From positions 145,218-209,217 of the forward strand of contig CAVWIK010000004.1 in the NCBI GenBank assembly GCA_963755115.1: a DNA stretch of 64,000 bases. The letters are read 5' to 3'. How positions within the stretch are numbered: position 1 is the first letter of the stretch; each line of letters starts with the position of its first letter. Shown piece by piece: positions 31,469 to 42,453 of the stretch. This DNA comes from an uncultured Chloroflexia bacterium. GTDB taxonomy: Bacteria; Chloroflexota; Limnocylindria; Limnocylindrales; CSP1-4. The translations under genes and the position numbers were made by a program. The notes under the pieces were generated by a model, which was not told the DNA's origin, searched no databases, and saw nothing but the letters and a program-made list of their open reading frames with translations.

Positions 31469-33079
31469 GCTCGCCGCCCGGCGCACCCGTCGACCTTCGG
31501 GCCGGCCCCGCGGATGGCGTCGGTGACGCCGTCCGCGTAGCCCGCGAAGTTGTCGGCGAACATACGCGCGAGCCGGGCCGCCGTGGCGTCGTACGCCTCA
31601 GGGTCGGCCCACGTCGAGCGTGGATCGAGGAACGAGGCCGGGACGTCCGGACAGCTCAGCGGCACCTCCACGCGGAAGATCGGGTCGAGTCGCGTCGGGC
31701 ACCTCGTCGAGGCGTCCGTCGAGCGCGGCCCGGACCATCGAGCGCGTGTGGGCGATGTTCATGCGCTCGCCGACGCCGACCGGGCCGCCGGTCCAGCCGG
31801 TGTTGACGAGCCAGACCGGGACGTCCCAGCGCTCGAGGCGATGGACGAGCATCGCCGCGTACTCGCCCGGGTGGCGGGGCATGAACGGCGCCCCGAAGCA
31901 GGCGGAGAACGTGGCCTTCGGCTCGCGGACCCCGACCTCCGTGCCGGCCAGCTTCGCGGTGTAGCCGCTGATGAAGTGATAGGCGGCCTGCTCGCGGGTC
32001 AGCTTCGAGATCGGCGGCAGCACGCCGAACGCGTCGGCCGTCAGGAAGACGACGTTGCGCGGCGCGCCGGCGATGCCGGTCGGGTCCGCGTTCCCGATGA
32101 ACTCGAGCGGATAGGCGCCGCGGGTGTTCTCCGTGAAGCGCTCGGACGCCAGGTCGAGCTCGCGCGTGCGGGGATCGAGGTCGACGTTCTCGAGGACCGT
32201 CCCGAACCGGCGCGTGGTCTGGAAGATGTCCGGCTCGTACATCGGGGAGAGGCGGATGGTCTTGGCGTAGCAGCCACCCTCGAAGTTGAAGACGGCATCG
32301 CCACCCCAGCCGTGCTCGTCGTCGCCGATCAGCCGGCGGCGGGGATCGGCCGAGAGGGTCGTCTTGCCCGTGCCCGACAGCCCGAAGAAGATGACTGGGT
32401 CGCCCGCCTCGCCGACGTTGACCGCCGAATGCATCGGCAGGACGCCCTCGTCGGGGAGCAGGTCGTTCATGACGGTGAACGCGCTCTTCTTGATCTCGCC
32501 GGCGTACTCGGTCCCGACGATGATGACCTCCATCCGCCGCAGGTGGACGAGGATGGCGGTCTCGGTCCGGGTCCCCTCCGTCGCGGGGTCCGCCTTGAAC
32601 GAGGGCACGCAGATGATCGTGAAGTTCGGGTGGAAGCCGTCGAGCTCCTGGCGTGACGGGCGGCGGAAGAGGTTCCGCGCGAAGAGGCTCGCCCAGGCGG
32701 TCTCCGTGTAGACGCGCAGCGAGCGGCGATGGCCGGGGTGCGCGCCGATGAAGCAGTCCTGGGCGTACAGGTCGCGATCGGCGCAGTAGGCGACGAGCCG
32801 CGTCCGGAGCCGGTCGTAGTGGGCCTCGCTGATGGGCCGGTTGACCGGGCCCCACCAGATGTGGTCGCGGCTCGACGGCTCGTCGACGATGAACTTGTCC
32901 TCGGGCGAACGGCCGGTGTGACGGCCGGTGCGGACGACGAGCGGGCCGTCGGCGGCGATCAGGCCCTCGCCGCGACGGATCGCGTCCTCGTACAGCTCGG
33001 CGGTCGGCAGGTTCGCGCGCACGGTCCGCCCCAGGTCGGGGCGCGTCGTGGTGGGGGTCGTGGGGGTCGTGGTAGCCAT
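31465..33079 (-). CDS. pckA: Phosphoenolpyruvate carboxykinase (ATP); frameshift near 31697
   Basis: TGRSPEDK, YAGEIKK, GLSGTGKTT, IGDDEHGW, NFEGGCYAK. The C-terminus (VEVPLSCP...ADNF) lies in an adjacent frame. Confidence 0.93.
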
Positions 33080-33330
33080 CGGTTCGGACTCCTCGGCGCG
33101 GGCGATCACGTCACGGATCGACCGGCCGCGCGTGACGCTCGCCGAGATGGCGGGCGGGAGTCGGCTTCCACAGTCGCGTTGCAGGGATTCTAGCACGTTG
33201 CGGCCAGGTGACACCCAGGTTGCGATACGGTGGTGGTGCCTCCGCGCCACGCGGACGGCCGATGCGGACCGCCCGGCGAGGGTTGACGGTCGAGCGCCTC
33301 GACCCGTAGCATCCGGGCACAACCGAAGAG

Positions 33331-33438
33331 CTCTTATCAAGAGTTGGCTGAGGGACCGGCCCGTTGAAGCCACGACAACCTACCGGCGTCGAGTCGGCAA
33401 GGTGCCAAATCCGGGCAGGACCTCCTGCGAGATAAGGG
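33331..33438 (+). ncRNA. SAM-I (S-box) riboswitch
   Basis: CTTATCAAGAG...GAGGGACCGGCCC.TTGAAGCC...ACAACC...AAGGTGCCAAATCC...GATAAG; P1 is CTTATC/GATAAG. Confidence 0.92.
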
Positions 33439-33528
33439 AACTCCCTTCGGAGCCCCCCTCGATCCCAACAGTCGGTCGTACCCGTTCCCGGTCCCGAGGC
33501 CAGCCACCAGCCTCCCGGGGAGCCCGCG

Positions 33529-34842
33529 ATGTCGACCGATACCCTCGCCGCACCAGCACCGATCGCGCCGTCGGCCGGCGCCCGGATCCTCGGCCTGCGC
33601 TGCCGAAACTGCGGTCTCACCGAGCCGATCGGGCTGTCCTACGTCTGTCCGGGCTGCTTCGGGCCGCTCGAGGTGGCGTACGACCACGCGGTCATCGCGC
33701 GCACCCTGACCCGCGCCGCGATCGCCGCCCGCGCACCGGGGATCTGGCGCTACGCGGAGCTGCTGCCGGTCGACGCGCCACCCGCCCGGTCGCTGCCGGT
33801 GGGGTCGACACCGCTCCTGCCGGCCGATCGGCTCGCCCCGACGCTGGGCGTCGAGCGGTTGTGGATCAAGGACGACACACGCAACCCGTCGCTGAGCTTC
33901 AAGGACCGCGCGGTCGCGGTCGCGGCAGCCCGCGCCGTGGAGTTCGGCGTGCCGGCGCTGGCCTGCGCGTCGACGGGCAACCTGGCCGGTGCGACGGCCG
34001 CCGCGGCCGCCGCGGTCGGACTCCCCGCGTTCGTCTTCATCCCGGCCGACCTCGAGCCGGCCAAGGTCGACCACGCGCTCGCCTACGGCGCCACCGTCGT
34101 GCCGATCGCCGGCACCTACGACGACGTGAACCGGCTCTGCCTCGAGGTCGCCGACGAGACCGGCTGGGGGTTCGTCAACATCAACCTGCGCCCGTTCTAC
34201 GCCGAGGGCTCCAAGACCCTCGCGTACGAGATCGCCGAGGCGCTGGGGTGGCGCTCGCCCGATGTCGTGGTCGGGCCGGTGGCGTCGGGCGCGATGTTCA
34301 CGCGCGTCGCGCGCGGGTTCGAGGAACTCGCGGCGCTGGGCCTCATCGAGCGGCGGCCGATCCGCTTCGTCGGCGCCCAGGCGGCCGGCTGCGCGCCCGT
34401 GGCGACGGCGTTCGAGCGTGGCACGGACGTGATCGAGCCCATCCGCGAGCCCGACACCATCGTCCGCTCGCTTGCCATCGGCAATCCGGCCGACGGCCGC
34501 TACGCCGTCGAGCTGGCGCGCGAGTCGGGCGGCTCGATCGAGGCGATCGAGGACCTCGTCACGGCCGCGGCCATCCGCGACGTGGCGCGGCTCGAGGGCA
34601 TCTACCCGGAGACCGCCGGCGGCGTCACGCTCGGCGCGGTCGCGGCGGCCCGCCGGCGCGGGGTCATCCGTCCCGGCGACGAGGTCGTCGCGCTGCTGAC
34701 CGGCAACGGTCTCAAGACACCCGAGGCGCGGACGCTCGGCCACGGCGATGGCGTGGCCCGGCCCGGCGAGCCGGGGCTCGCCCCGGTCATCCGGCCGAGC
34801 CTCCGCGCGTTCGAGGCGTGGCTCGAGGACGGCCAGGCATGA
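33529..34842 (+). CDS. thrC: Threonine-synthase-like PLP enzyme (fold type II), possibly an O-phosphohomoserine sulfhydrylase
   Basis: N-terminal CxxC...CxxC, NPSLSFKDR, ASTGNLA, YAEGSKT, LLTGNGLK. Downstream of SAM-I and coupled to a sulfur carrier. Confidence 0.85.
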   Translation: MSTDTLAAPAPIAPSAGARILGLRCRNCGLTEPIGLSYVCPGCFGPLEVAYDHAVIARTLTRAAIAARAPGIWRYAELLPVDAPPARSLPVGSTPLLPADRLAPTLGVERLWIKDDTRNPSLSFKDRAVAVAAARAVEFGVPALACASTGNLAGATAAAAAAVGLPAFVFIPADLEPAKVDHALAYGATVVPIAGTYDDVNRLCLEVADETGWGFVNINLRPFYAEGSKTLAYEIAEALGWRSPDVVVGPVASGAMFTRVARGFEELAALGLIERRPIRFVGAQAAGCAPVATAFERGTDVIEPIREPDTIVRSLAIGNPADGRYAVELARESGGSIEAIEDLVTAAAIRDVARLEGIYPETAGGVTLGAVAAARRRGVIRPGDEVVALLTGNGLKTPEARTLGHGDGVARPGEPGLAPVIRPSLRAFEAWLEDGQA

Positions 34843-35111
34843 GCACCGTCCGCATCCCGCCCACCCTCCGGACCGCGACCGGCGGCGCCAAGACCGTCGA
34901 GGTGCCGGGCGGCACGGTCCGCGAGGTCGTCGCCGGTCTCGTGGCGGCGCATCCGGGGCTGGAGTCGCAGCTGCTCGCCCAGGACGGCGAGCTGAACCGG
35001 TTCGTCAACGCCTTCCTCAACGACACCGACGTGCGGCACCTGCGCGCGCTCGACACCCCGGTCGGCGACGACGACACGCTCGTCCTGCTGCCCGCGATGG
35101 CCGGCGGCTGA
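34839..35111 (+). CDS. MoaD/ThiS/CysO-family ubiquitin-like sulfur carrier
   Basis: VRIPPTLR, LNRFVNAFLNDTDVR, C-terminal PAMAGG; ATGA overlap with the ThrC-like gene. Confidence 0.9.
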   Translation: MSTVRIPPTLRTATGGAKTVEVPGGTVREVVAGLVAAHPGLESQLLAQDGELNRFVNAFLNDTDVRHLRALDTPVGDDDTLVLLPAMAGG

Positions 35112-35293
35112 CCGGGCGACCGGCATCCGCCGCGGGCGCGGTGGCGCGACCTCGCGCTCCCCTCGACCGGGCGCGCCCGAGATTGAGGGGCGTGCCCCGG
35201 ATCGGATAAGGCATCGCCCGATGTCCCGGGCATGGGGCCCGAGCGACCCTGTCGTCGAACGGCCGGACCGGCCGACGGACGGAGGATCGATCG

Positions 35294-35494
35294 ATGCCAG
35301 GCACGAGGCAGCAGCTCTTCATCGTCAACGAGCGCCAGCGCTTCTGGTGGCTCGAGGCGGACCAGAACCGGCGCTCGATGGACGCGGAGTACGACCGGGC
35401 CCCAGGGCCGACCGAGCCGCAGCGCGAGCGATCGAGCCGGGGCAACCGGCTCGCCTTCCGGCTCCGCATGCTCATCCGGCCGGCGACCGGCTAG
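35294..35494 (+). CDS. Small hypothetical protein (66 aa)
   Basis: GGAGG RBS; fills an otherwise empty gap; GC3-rich codons. Confidence 0.55.
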   Translation: MPGTRQQLFIVNERQRFWWLEADQNRRSMDAEYDRAPGPTEPQRERSSRGNRLAFRLRMLIRPATG

Positions 35495-35540
35495 GCCGTC
35501 ATGCCCTCTCAGTTGGCCGTCAGGCCCTCTCGGTGAGCTG

Positions 35541-36836
35541 TCACGCCCACTCGGTCCCGCCCGGGTAGCGGTAGCGGGCCAGCGACGCAGGTCGCATCTG
35601 CGCGCTGTACCCGGGCGCCGTCGGCAGCCGATAGCGGCCGTCGCCGACGACGACCGGGTCGATGAAGTGCTCGTGCAGGTGGTCGACGTACTCGATCATC
35701 CGGCCATCGAGCCGGCCGCTGACCGCGATGTAGTCGAACGCGGCCAGGTGCTGGACCAGCTCGCACAGGCCGACGCCGCCCGCGTGCGGGCAGACCGTGA
35801 CCCCGAACTTCGCGGCGAGCAGCAGGACCGCGACGACCTCGTTGACGCCGCCGAGCCGGCAGGCATCGATCTGGCAGATGCCGATGGCCTCGGCCTGGAG
35901 CAGCTGCTTGAACATGATCCGGTTGTGGACGTGCTCGCCGGTCGCCACCCGGATCGGGGCGACCGCGCGGGCGATGGTCGCGTGCCCGAGGATGTCGTCG
36001 GGGCTCGTGGGCTCCTCGATCCAGTACGGGTCGAACGGTGCGAGGTGGGTCATCCACTCGATCGCCGAGCCGACGTCCCAGCGCTGGTTCGCATCGACCG
36101 CGAGCATCCGGTCCGGCCCGATCTCGTCGCGGATGATGCGGATCCGCCGCACGTCGTCGTCGACGTCCGCGCCGACCTTCATCTTGAACCGCGTCCAGCC
36201 CTCGGCCAGCGCCTCGCGACACAGGCGCACGAGCTTCGCGTCGTCGTAGCCGAGCCAGCCGACCGAGGTCGAGTAGGCGGGATAGCCGTCGCGGCGCAGC
36301 TCCGCCGTCCGCTCGTCCCGCCCGGGGACCGCGCGCTCGAGCAGCTCGAGCGCCTGGTCGGGTGTCAGGGCATCGGTCAGGTAGCGGAAATCGACGAGGC
36401 CGACGATCTCGGCCGGCGACATCTCGCTCAGGAGCTGCCATACGGGCTTGCCGGCGCGTTTGGCGACGAGGTCCCAGACGGCGTTGACCACCGCGGCCGT
36501 CGCCATGTGGATCACGCCCTTCTCGGGTCCGATCCAGCGCAGCTGGCTGTCGCCCACGAGCTCGCGCCAGAACCCGCCGAGGTCGGCCTCGAGAGCCTCG
36601 ACCGAGCGGCCGACGACGAGCGGCTCGAGGGCCCGGACGCCGGCGACGACCACCTCGGTCCCGCGCCCGGTCGTGAACGTGAACCCGTGCCCCTCGAGCC
36701 CGTCGGACGCGTCGGTGCGCAGGATCACGTACGCCGCCGAGTAGTCCGGGTCGGTGTTCATCGCGTCCGACCCGTCGAGGGTCCGCGAGGTCGGGAACCG
36801 GACGTCGACGATGTCGAGGCCCGTGATCGTCGTCAT
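35541..36836 (-). CDS. L-fuconate dehydratase (enolase superfamily)
   Basis: [75 protein letters not shown]. Confidence 0.92.
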   Translation of the reverse strand: MTTITGLDIVDVRFPTSRTLDGSDAMNTDPDYSAAYVILRTDASDGLEGHGFTFTTGRGTEVVVAGVRALEPLVVGRSVEALEADLGGFWRELVGDSQLRWIGPEKGVIHMATAAVVNAVWDLVAKRAGKPVWQLLSEMSPAEIVGLVDFRYLTDALTPDQALELLERAVPGRDERTAELRRDGYPAYSTSVGWLGYDDAKLVRLCREALAEGWTRFKMKVGADVDDDVRRIRIIRDEIGPDRMLAVDANQRWDVGSAIEWMTHLAPFDPYWIEEPTSPDDILGHATIARAVAPIRVATGEHVHNRIMFKQLLQAEAIGICQIDACRLGGVNEVVAVLLLAAKFGVTVCPHAGGVGLCELVQHLAAFDYIAVSGRLDGRMIEYVDHLHEHFIDPVVVGDGRYRLPTAPGYSAQMRPASLARYRYPGGTEWA

Positions 36837-37858
36837 CCCTTGACCGCTCCCACGAGGATGCCGCGCGAGATGTAGCGCTCGAGGAGGACCGCCATCAGCA
36901 CGACCGGCACGATCATGATGAGGATCAGGACCGACATCGCCCACCACTGCGGGCCGCGGGTCGCGTTCTGCGCGGCCACGAGCAGGGGCATCGTCTGCGA
37001 GTTCGCGCCCGACAGGATCAGCGCGAGCAGGTATTCGTTCCACGCGAAGATCAGCACGATCAGGAACGTCGCGATGAGGCCCGGGACCGAGATCGGCAGG
37101 ACGATCGAGCGGAAGATCCGGAACGCCGACGCGCCGTCGACCGCGGCGGACTCCTCGAGCTCGAGCGGGAGGGCCGCGAAGTACTCGCGCATGATCCAGA
37201 CCGCGATCGGGAGGTTGGTCGCGACGTACGTGATGACCAGCGCGGCCTGCGTGTCGAGGAGGCCGACCTGCTGGAACAGGACGTACAGCGGGATCACGAC
37301 CGCGATCGGCGGCAGGATGCGCTGGGAGATGAGCCAGAACGCGATGTCGTCGTTGGCCAGCGCGCGCCGGAAGCGCCGCCCGATGGTCTGGGCCAGGATG
37401 ACGAACACCCCGAGCGAGCTGGCGACGGCCAGCTGCCACGGCGCGCCGAGGATGGCCAGGCCGAGCGACAGCGCCACGCACCCGATGAACAGACCGATGA
37501 TCCCGACCCGTGGCCGGTACGTGAACCGGACCAGGGCGTATGCCGACGTCGCGCCCATGACGAGCACGATCGTCGCGCTGGCGAGCCCGATGACCACGGT
37601 GTTGATGTAGGGGCGGAGCGTGTCGTTCCCCAGCTCGACGAGGATGTACCGCCACGCGTCGAGCGTCGGCTGGAAGTCCACGAACGGGATGTAGTAGGGC
37701 CCCTTGTCGACCTGCACCGGCAGCTTCAGCGACGTGACCGCGAGCCAGTAGATCGGGAAGAGCACCACGAGCGACCAGGCGATGAGCACGGCGTAGGCCC
37801 CGACCTTCGCCCGCGGCGAGAGGTCCATGGCGTTCCGCCGACGGAGGGGGTTCTGCAC
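36833..37858 (-). CDS. Carbohydrate ABC transporter permease
   Basis: [14 protein letters not shown] loop, [16 protein letters not shown]. Confidence 0.88.
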   Translation of the reverse strand: MQNPLRRRNAMDLSPRAKVGAYAVLIAWSLVVLFPIYWLAVTSLKLPVQVDKGPYYIPFVDFQPTLDAWRYILVELGNDTLRPYINTVVIGLASATIVLVMGATSAYALVRFTYRPRVGIIGLFIGCVALSLGLAILGAPWQLAVASSLGVFVILAQTIGRRFRRALANDDIAFWLISQRILPPIAVVIPLYVLFQQVGLLDTQAALVITYVATNLPIAVWIMREYFAALPLELEESAAVDGASAFRIFRSIVLPISVPGLIATFLIVLIFAWNEYLLALILSGANSQTMPLLVAAQNATRGPQWWAMSVLILIMIVPVVLMAVLLERYISRGILVGAVKG

Positions 37859-37860
37859 GA

Positions 37861-39057
37861 TCAGTCGGCCTCCACGACCCGGCGCCGGACGAAGCTCACG
37901 TACATCGTGGCAGCGATGGTGACCACGATGAGCAGGAGATAGGCGATCGCCGCCGAGCGTCCGAGGTTGAGCGTCCGCCAATCGAGGTACGACTCGAGCG
38001 TCACCGATTGCGTGGCGCTCCCCGGACCGCCGCCCGGTCAGGATGTTCGGCATGTCGATGATCTTGAAGCTCTCGATCATGCGGATGAGGATGATCGTGG
38101 CGCTGACCGGGAGGATCGCCGGGACCGTCAGGTGGACGAACGTCTGCCAGCGGCTCGCGCCATCGACGTAGGACGCCTCCTGGACCTCATGGTCCTGCCC
38201 TTCGAGGGCGGCCAGCAGCACGATGAACATGAACGGGATCCACTGCCACGCGTCGCCGATCATGACCGCCACGCGCGATGCCCAGGGGTCGGTCACCCAG
38301 GCGAACCCGGTCAGCCCGAGCCCCGCCCAGACCGGCTCGAACGGCCCCTTCCCGGTGTCGGTCATCATCTTGAACATGTACCCGACCCCGACCGGGGTGA
38401 TGGTCAGCGGGATGAGGAACACGACCCGGAAGAAGCGGCGGCCCGGCAGGGACTGGACCGCGAGCAGGGCCAGCCCGAGGCCGATGAGGTACTGGACGGT
38501 GATCCCGACCCCGACGTAGATCGTGGTCACGATGAGCGCGCCCGGCCGTCCGCCGTTGCTCGCGACGGTCGTCACGAACAGCGCGAGGTAGCGCGATGGC
38601 CAGGAGGCCGGCGAGGAGCCGGACGACCAGCCCGAGCAGCCCGACACGGCCCGCCGCGGATCGATCGCGTGAACGCCCAGATGACCCCGGCGACGCCGGC
38701 GAGCAGGATCGCCCACCCGACGAGCGTCGGCGTCTTGAGCACGCCCACGAAGTGCGGCTGCTCCGTCCCGAGCAGCACGATCGCGTAGTTGACCGGACCC
38801 ACGAGGTCGATCCGGATCGCGCCCTTCTCGAAGACGAGGTGGCTGATCGAGAGGGTCGCCGACGCGATCAGCGGGAAGATCGAGACGAACAGGATGAGCA
38901 GGACCGTCGGCCAGATGAACAGCCAGCGGGTCGCGCCCTCCGAACGCCACGCGCCGAGCGACGCGATCGCCCGGCGCGGCTGGGTGGCTGGAGGGTCCGA
39001 CCCGCGACGGGCCGGACCCTCGGGTTCGAGTTCGAATGCGCTATCGCTGGACGCCAA
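37861..39057 (-). CDS. Carbohydrate ABC transporter permease; frameshifts near 38650, 38593 and 38034
   Basis: WLFIWPTV...IFPLI, WQWIPFM and [14 protein letters not shown] in successive frames. Confidence 0.8.
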
Positions 39058-40600
39058 GGCTTGCCACGTAGGCGGCGAGCTGCTTGTCCCGACCCTCCGC
39101 GTCGGTGATCTGGTTCCAGCCGTCCGTGATGCGCTGCATCGTCGTGTCCACGTCCTGCTCGCCCGCGAGGTACGAGGCGAGCTCGTTGTCGAGCACGACC
39201 TGCTCGTAGTCCTTGGTCTTGGGGATCCGAAGATCGAGGACCATGTTCTTGTTGTTAAGGGTCTGCTCGATGGCGCCGAGGTAGTTCTTGGCCGCCGCGT
39301 CGCTCATCCCGACCGCCTGCCAGGGGGCGAGGTCGGTGAACTGCGACGTGCGATACGGGTTGAAGCCGGTCTTGCCCAGGGTCACGTCCACGTTGGACTG
39401 CTCCGGGGCGCTCATGTAGGAGAGGAACTGGTATGCGGCGTCCTTCTTCTCCGCCGTCGAGGCGGCATTGATGGCACCGGACCACCCGCCGAAGGAGGCG
39501 AATGGCGCGTAGTTCACGCCATCGACCGCGTTCGGGCAGGTCGTCGCGTCGCACGCGACGAGCTTGCCGGTCGCCCGGTCGAGGACCTGGGTCCAGCCCG
39601 GGGTGATGACCGCACCGACCTTGTCCTGGACCGTGGACGTCGCGGGATCGAGCGCCAGGGTCCCGATGTCGCCCCAGTCCATCGACAGGGCGCACCGGCC
39701 GGTGTCGAACAGGCCGCGGGTGTCACCCACGCCGAGGTTGATCTCGTCGGGCGGGCCGTAGTCCATCGTCTTCTTGTAGGTCTCCAACGCCTTGGCGAAC
39801 GCCTCGTTGTCGAAGAGCGGCTTCATGTCCTTGGTGTCGAAGAACGCGCCCTGGTTGGTGCCCTGCGACTGGAGGAGGCCACCGGCCACGCTGATGATCC
39901 ACCAGAAGCTCTGCTGGCCCTTCGCCTTGGCGATGCACGAGCCGTAGTCCGGTTCGCCGTCGCCGTTGAGATCCTGGCCCTGGAACTTCGCCGCGATCGT
40001 GAGGTACTCGTCCCACGTCTTCGGCGGTACCGGGATCAGGTCGCTCCGGTAGTAGACCATGTGGAAGTCGCCGTCGAGCGGGATCGTGTAGACCTTGCCG
40101 TTGTACGTCGAGTTGAAATCGCGGAAGAACGGCCCGATGTCGTCCCACTTGAGACCGGCGTCGGCGGTGACCCGCGAGCTCAGGTCCTCGAGGTAGCCCG
40201 GGCCGACGAAGTCGCCCAGCCACTGCGGGTTGAACACGAACGCATCGAAGCTGTTGGTCTTCGTCGAGAGGTCCAGGAACGCGATGTCGTACAGCTCCTG
40301 GAACCCGACGGCCGTGACGTTCACGTGGGCGCCGGTCAGGGCCTCGAAGTCGGGGGCCCGGCGCTGCAGCGGCTCGGCGACCTGCGGGCCGTTGAACGTG
40401 AGGACGTTGATCGACTGACCCTCGAGCGGGCGATTTGCGGCGGCCGACGGTGCCGCCGACGCGGATGGTGCGGCCGACTGGGGGGCCGTGGATGCCGGGG
40501 GCGCAGACGCGGCCGGCGATGGTGTCGTCTGCGCCTGGCCGCAGGCCGACAGGACGAGAACCAAGCCGACCGCAGGCGCGATCGATCTGAACCGCGACAC
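39041..40600 (-). CDS. Sugar ABC transporter substrate-binding lipoprotein
   Basis: Lipobox LSAC; YTIPLDGDFHMVYYRSD; GGWSGAIN; AGAGGAGG RBS. Confidence 0.9.
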   Translation of the reverse strand: MSRFRSIAPAVGLVLVLSACGQAQTTPSPAASAPPASTAPQSAAPSASAAPSAAANRPLEGQSINVLTFNGPQVAEPLQRRAPDFEALTGAHVNVTAVGFQELYDIAFLDLSTKTNSFDAFVFNPQWLGDFVGPGYLEDLSSRVTADAGLKWDDIGPFFRDFNSTYNGKVYTIPLDGDFHMVYYRSDLIPVPPKTWDEYLTIAAKFQGQDLNGDGEPDYGSCIAKAKGQQSFWWIISVAGGLLQSQGTNQGAFFDTKDMKPLFDNEAFAKALETYKKTMDYGPPDEINLGVGDTRGLFDTGRCALSMDWGDIGTLALDPATSTVQDKVGAVITPGWTQVLDRATGKLVACDATTCPNAVDGVNYAPFASFGGWSGAINAASTAEKKDAAYQFLSYMSAPEQSNVDVTLGKTGFNPYRTSQFTDLAPWQAVGMSDAAAKNYLGAIEQTLNNKNMVLDLRIPKTKDYEQVVLDNELASYLAGEQDVDTTMQRITDGWNQITDAEGRDKQLAAYVASLGVQR

Positions 40601-40630
40601 GGGCTTCCTCCTCTTGACCGCGCCTACGCC

Positions 40631-40694
40631 GTCCAGCATACTGAACGACCGGCGGCAGGTTGAACAGTATTCGACCGCAACCTGCCAAAGTCAA
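40631..40694 (-). promoter_or_regulatory. Promoter (TTGACT-N17-AATACT) and putative IclR operator GTCCAGCATACTGAAC
   Basis: Operator-like imperfect palindrome at 40631-40646, repeated at 43560-43575. Confidence 0.6.
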
Positions 40695-40764
40695 TATGTT
40701 GTACGCAGTCCATCCTGCTGTCCGGTCCAGGCCGGCCTGCGGGGCCACGGTGGAGGCCCGGCGC

Positions 40765-41613
40765 ATGTCCGGTCGCGAGACGGTGACGAACGAGAGACCG
40801 ACGACGACGTCGGTCGATGCGCCCGCGACGGGCGAGGACGCCGGTCACGAGGCCGAGTCCCTCGCGCCGGCCGTGACCCGCGCCGCCCTCATCCTCGATG
40901 CGCTGGCCGAGAGCGGCGGCGACCCCGTCGGCCCGAGCGAGCTCGCGCGTCGGCTCGGCCTGCCGAAGTCCTCGATCGCGAACATCTGCGGGGCCCTGGC
41001 CGACGCCGGGCTCGTCCGCCGGATCGGGACCGGCTTCGCGCTCGGTCGCCGCCTGGCGGAGCTCGGCGGGGCCTACCTCGCGACCGTGGGCCAGGTCCAG
41101 GAGTTCTACGAGGCGTCGCGGGTCCTGCCGACCGGCTCGGAGGAGACCGTCCAGTTCGCGGTCCTCGACGGCCTGGAGGTCACCTACCTCGCCCGCCACG
41201 ATGGGCGCCAGCCGGTCCAGCTCACCTCCGGGATCGGGCGGCGGCTGCCGGCCTATTCGACCGCGACCGGGAAGGCCGCGCTGGCCTCGCTCCCCCACGA
41301 CGAGCTCGAGCGCCGGCTGGACGGGCTCACGAACCTGCCGCGGGCCACGCGGAAGGCGCACGCGACGGTCGACGACCTGCGGGCCGACCTGGACGAGATC
41401 CGGCGACGCGGTTACGCGATGGACGACGAGGAGACCATGGAGGGCGTCGTCTGCTACGGGGTCATGGTCCCGAGCCGGCAGCCCGGTGAGGGCCCGTGCG
41501 CGGCGAGCATCACGCTGCTGAAGGTGCGCGCCACGGCCGAGCGCGTCCCGGCGCTGATCGCCGACCTCCACTGGCTGGCCGCCGAGCTGTCAGACCCGAT
41601 CCGGCGCGACTGA
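40765..41613 (+). CDS. IclR-family transcriptional regulator
   Basis: PAVTRAALIL, ELARRLGLPKSS HTH, STATGKA, RGYAMDDEE. Confidence 0.92.
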   Translation: MSGRETVTNERPTTTSVDAPATGEDAGHEAESLAPAVTRAALILDALAESGGDPVGPSELARRLGLPKSSIANICGALADAGLVRRIGTGFALGRRLAELGGAYLATVGQVQEFYEASRVLPTGSEETVQFAVLDGLEVTYLARHDGRQPVQLTSGIGRRLPAYSTATGKAALASLPHDELERRLDGLTNLPRATRKAHATVDDLRADLDEIRRRGYAMDDEETMEGVVCYGVMVPSRQPGEGPCAASITLLKVRATAERVPALIADLHWLAAELSDPIRRD

Positions 41614-42453
41614 CCCGGGATACGCGCGCTCGGCGGCGCCGCCGAAGACAGCCGCGCGCTCCGCCTCGGACAGACCGGCGGTGAGCTCGCGGGCGGCGGT
41701 GACGACATCGCCATACGACGCGGCGACCAGGCAGACGGGCCAGTCCGATCCGAAGATCAGCCGCGACGGCCCGAAGACCTCGAGGGCGATCTCGACCGCC
41801 GGTGCAAGGTCGGCGACCCGCCAGGAGCGCCAGTCGGCCTCGGTGACGAGGCCGGAGACCTTGCACCACACATTGTCGAGACCCGCGAACGGCCGCAGGC
41901 GGCCGGCCCATGGCCCGAGCTCGCCCGAGGCGATCGGTGGCTTGGCCAGGTGGTCGATGACGAAGCGGAGGTCCGGGTTCGCCCGAACGACGGCCAGGGC
42001 GGCCGGCAGCTCTCGAGCCCGCACCAGCAGGTCGTACGTGAGCTGGGCGGCCTCGATCGCGGCGAGGCCCTGTCGGACGTCGCTGCGCGCCAGCCACTCG
42101 GGGTCGGGTTCGACCTGGACCTGATGACGGATCCCGACGAGCCGGTCGCCACCGGGTCCCGCGCGCGTGGCCGCGATCGCGTCGGCCACCCCCGGGTCGG
42201 TCAGGTCCACCCAGCCGACGACGCCCGCGATGGATGGCGTGGCCGCGGCCGTCGCGAGGAACCCGCGCGTCTCCTCAGCGCTGGAGATCGTCTGGACGAG
42301 GATCGTGCGGTCGATCCCGGCCGCCGCCAGCTCCGGGGCCAGGTCCTCCGGCCCGAACGGCCGGTCGATCGCGGCGAGCTCCGGGGTCATCCACGGGTAG
42401 TGGGTGCGGTCCGGGTCCAGCAGGTGATGGTGGGCGTCGATGACCGCGGTCAT
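41590..42453 (-). CDS. Amidohydrolase-2 family, L-fuconolactonase-like
   Basis: IDAHHH, GVVGWVDL, VIDHLAKP, CKVSGL, FGSDWPV. Confidence 0.88.
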   Translation of the reverse strand: MTAVIDAHHHLLDPDRTHYPWMTPELAAIDRPFGPEDLAPELAAAGIDRTILVQTISSAEETRGFLATAAATPSIAGVVGWVDLTDPGVADAIAATRAGPGGDRLVGIRHQVQVEPDPEWLARSDVRQGLAAIEAAQLTYDLLVRARELPAALAVVRANPDLRFVIDHLAKPPIASGELGPWAGRLRPFAGLDNVWCKVSGLVTEADWRSWRVADLAPAVEIALEVFGPSRLIFGSDWPVCLVAASYGDVVTAARELTAGLSEAERAAVFGGAAERAYPGSVAPDRV

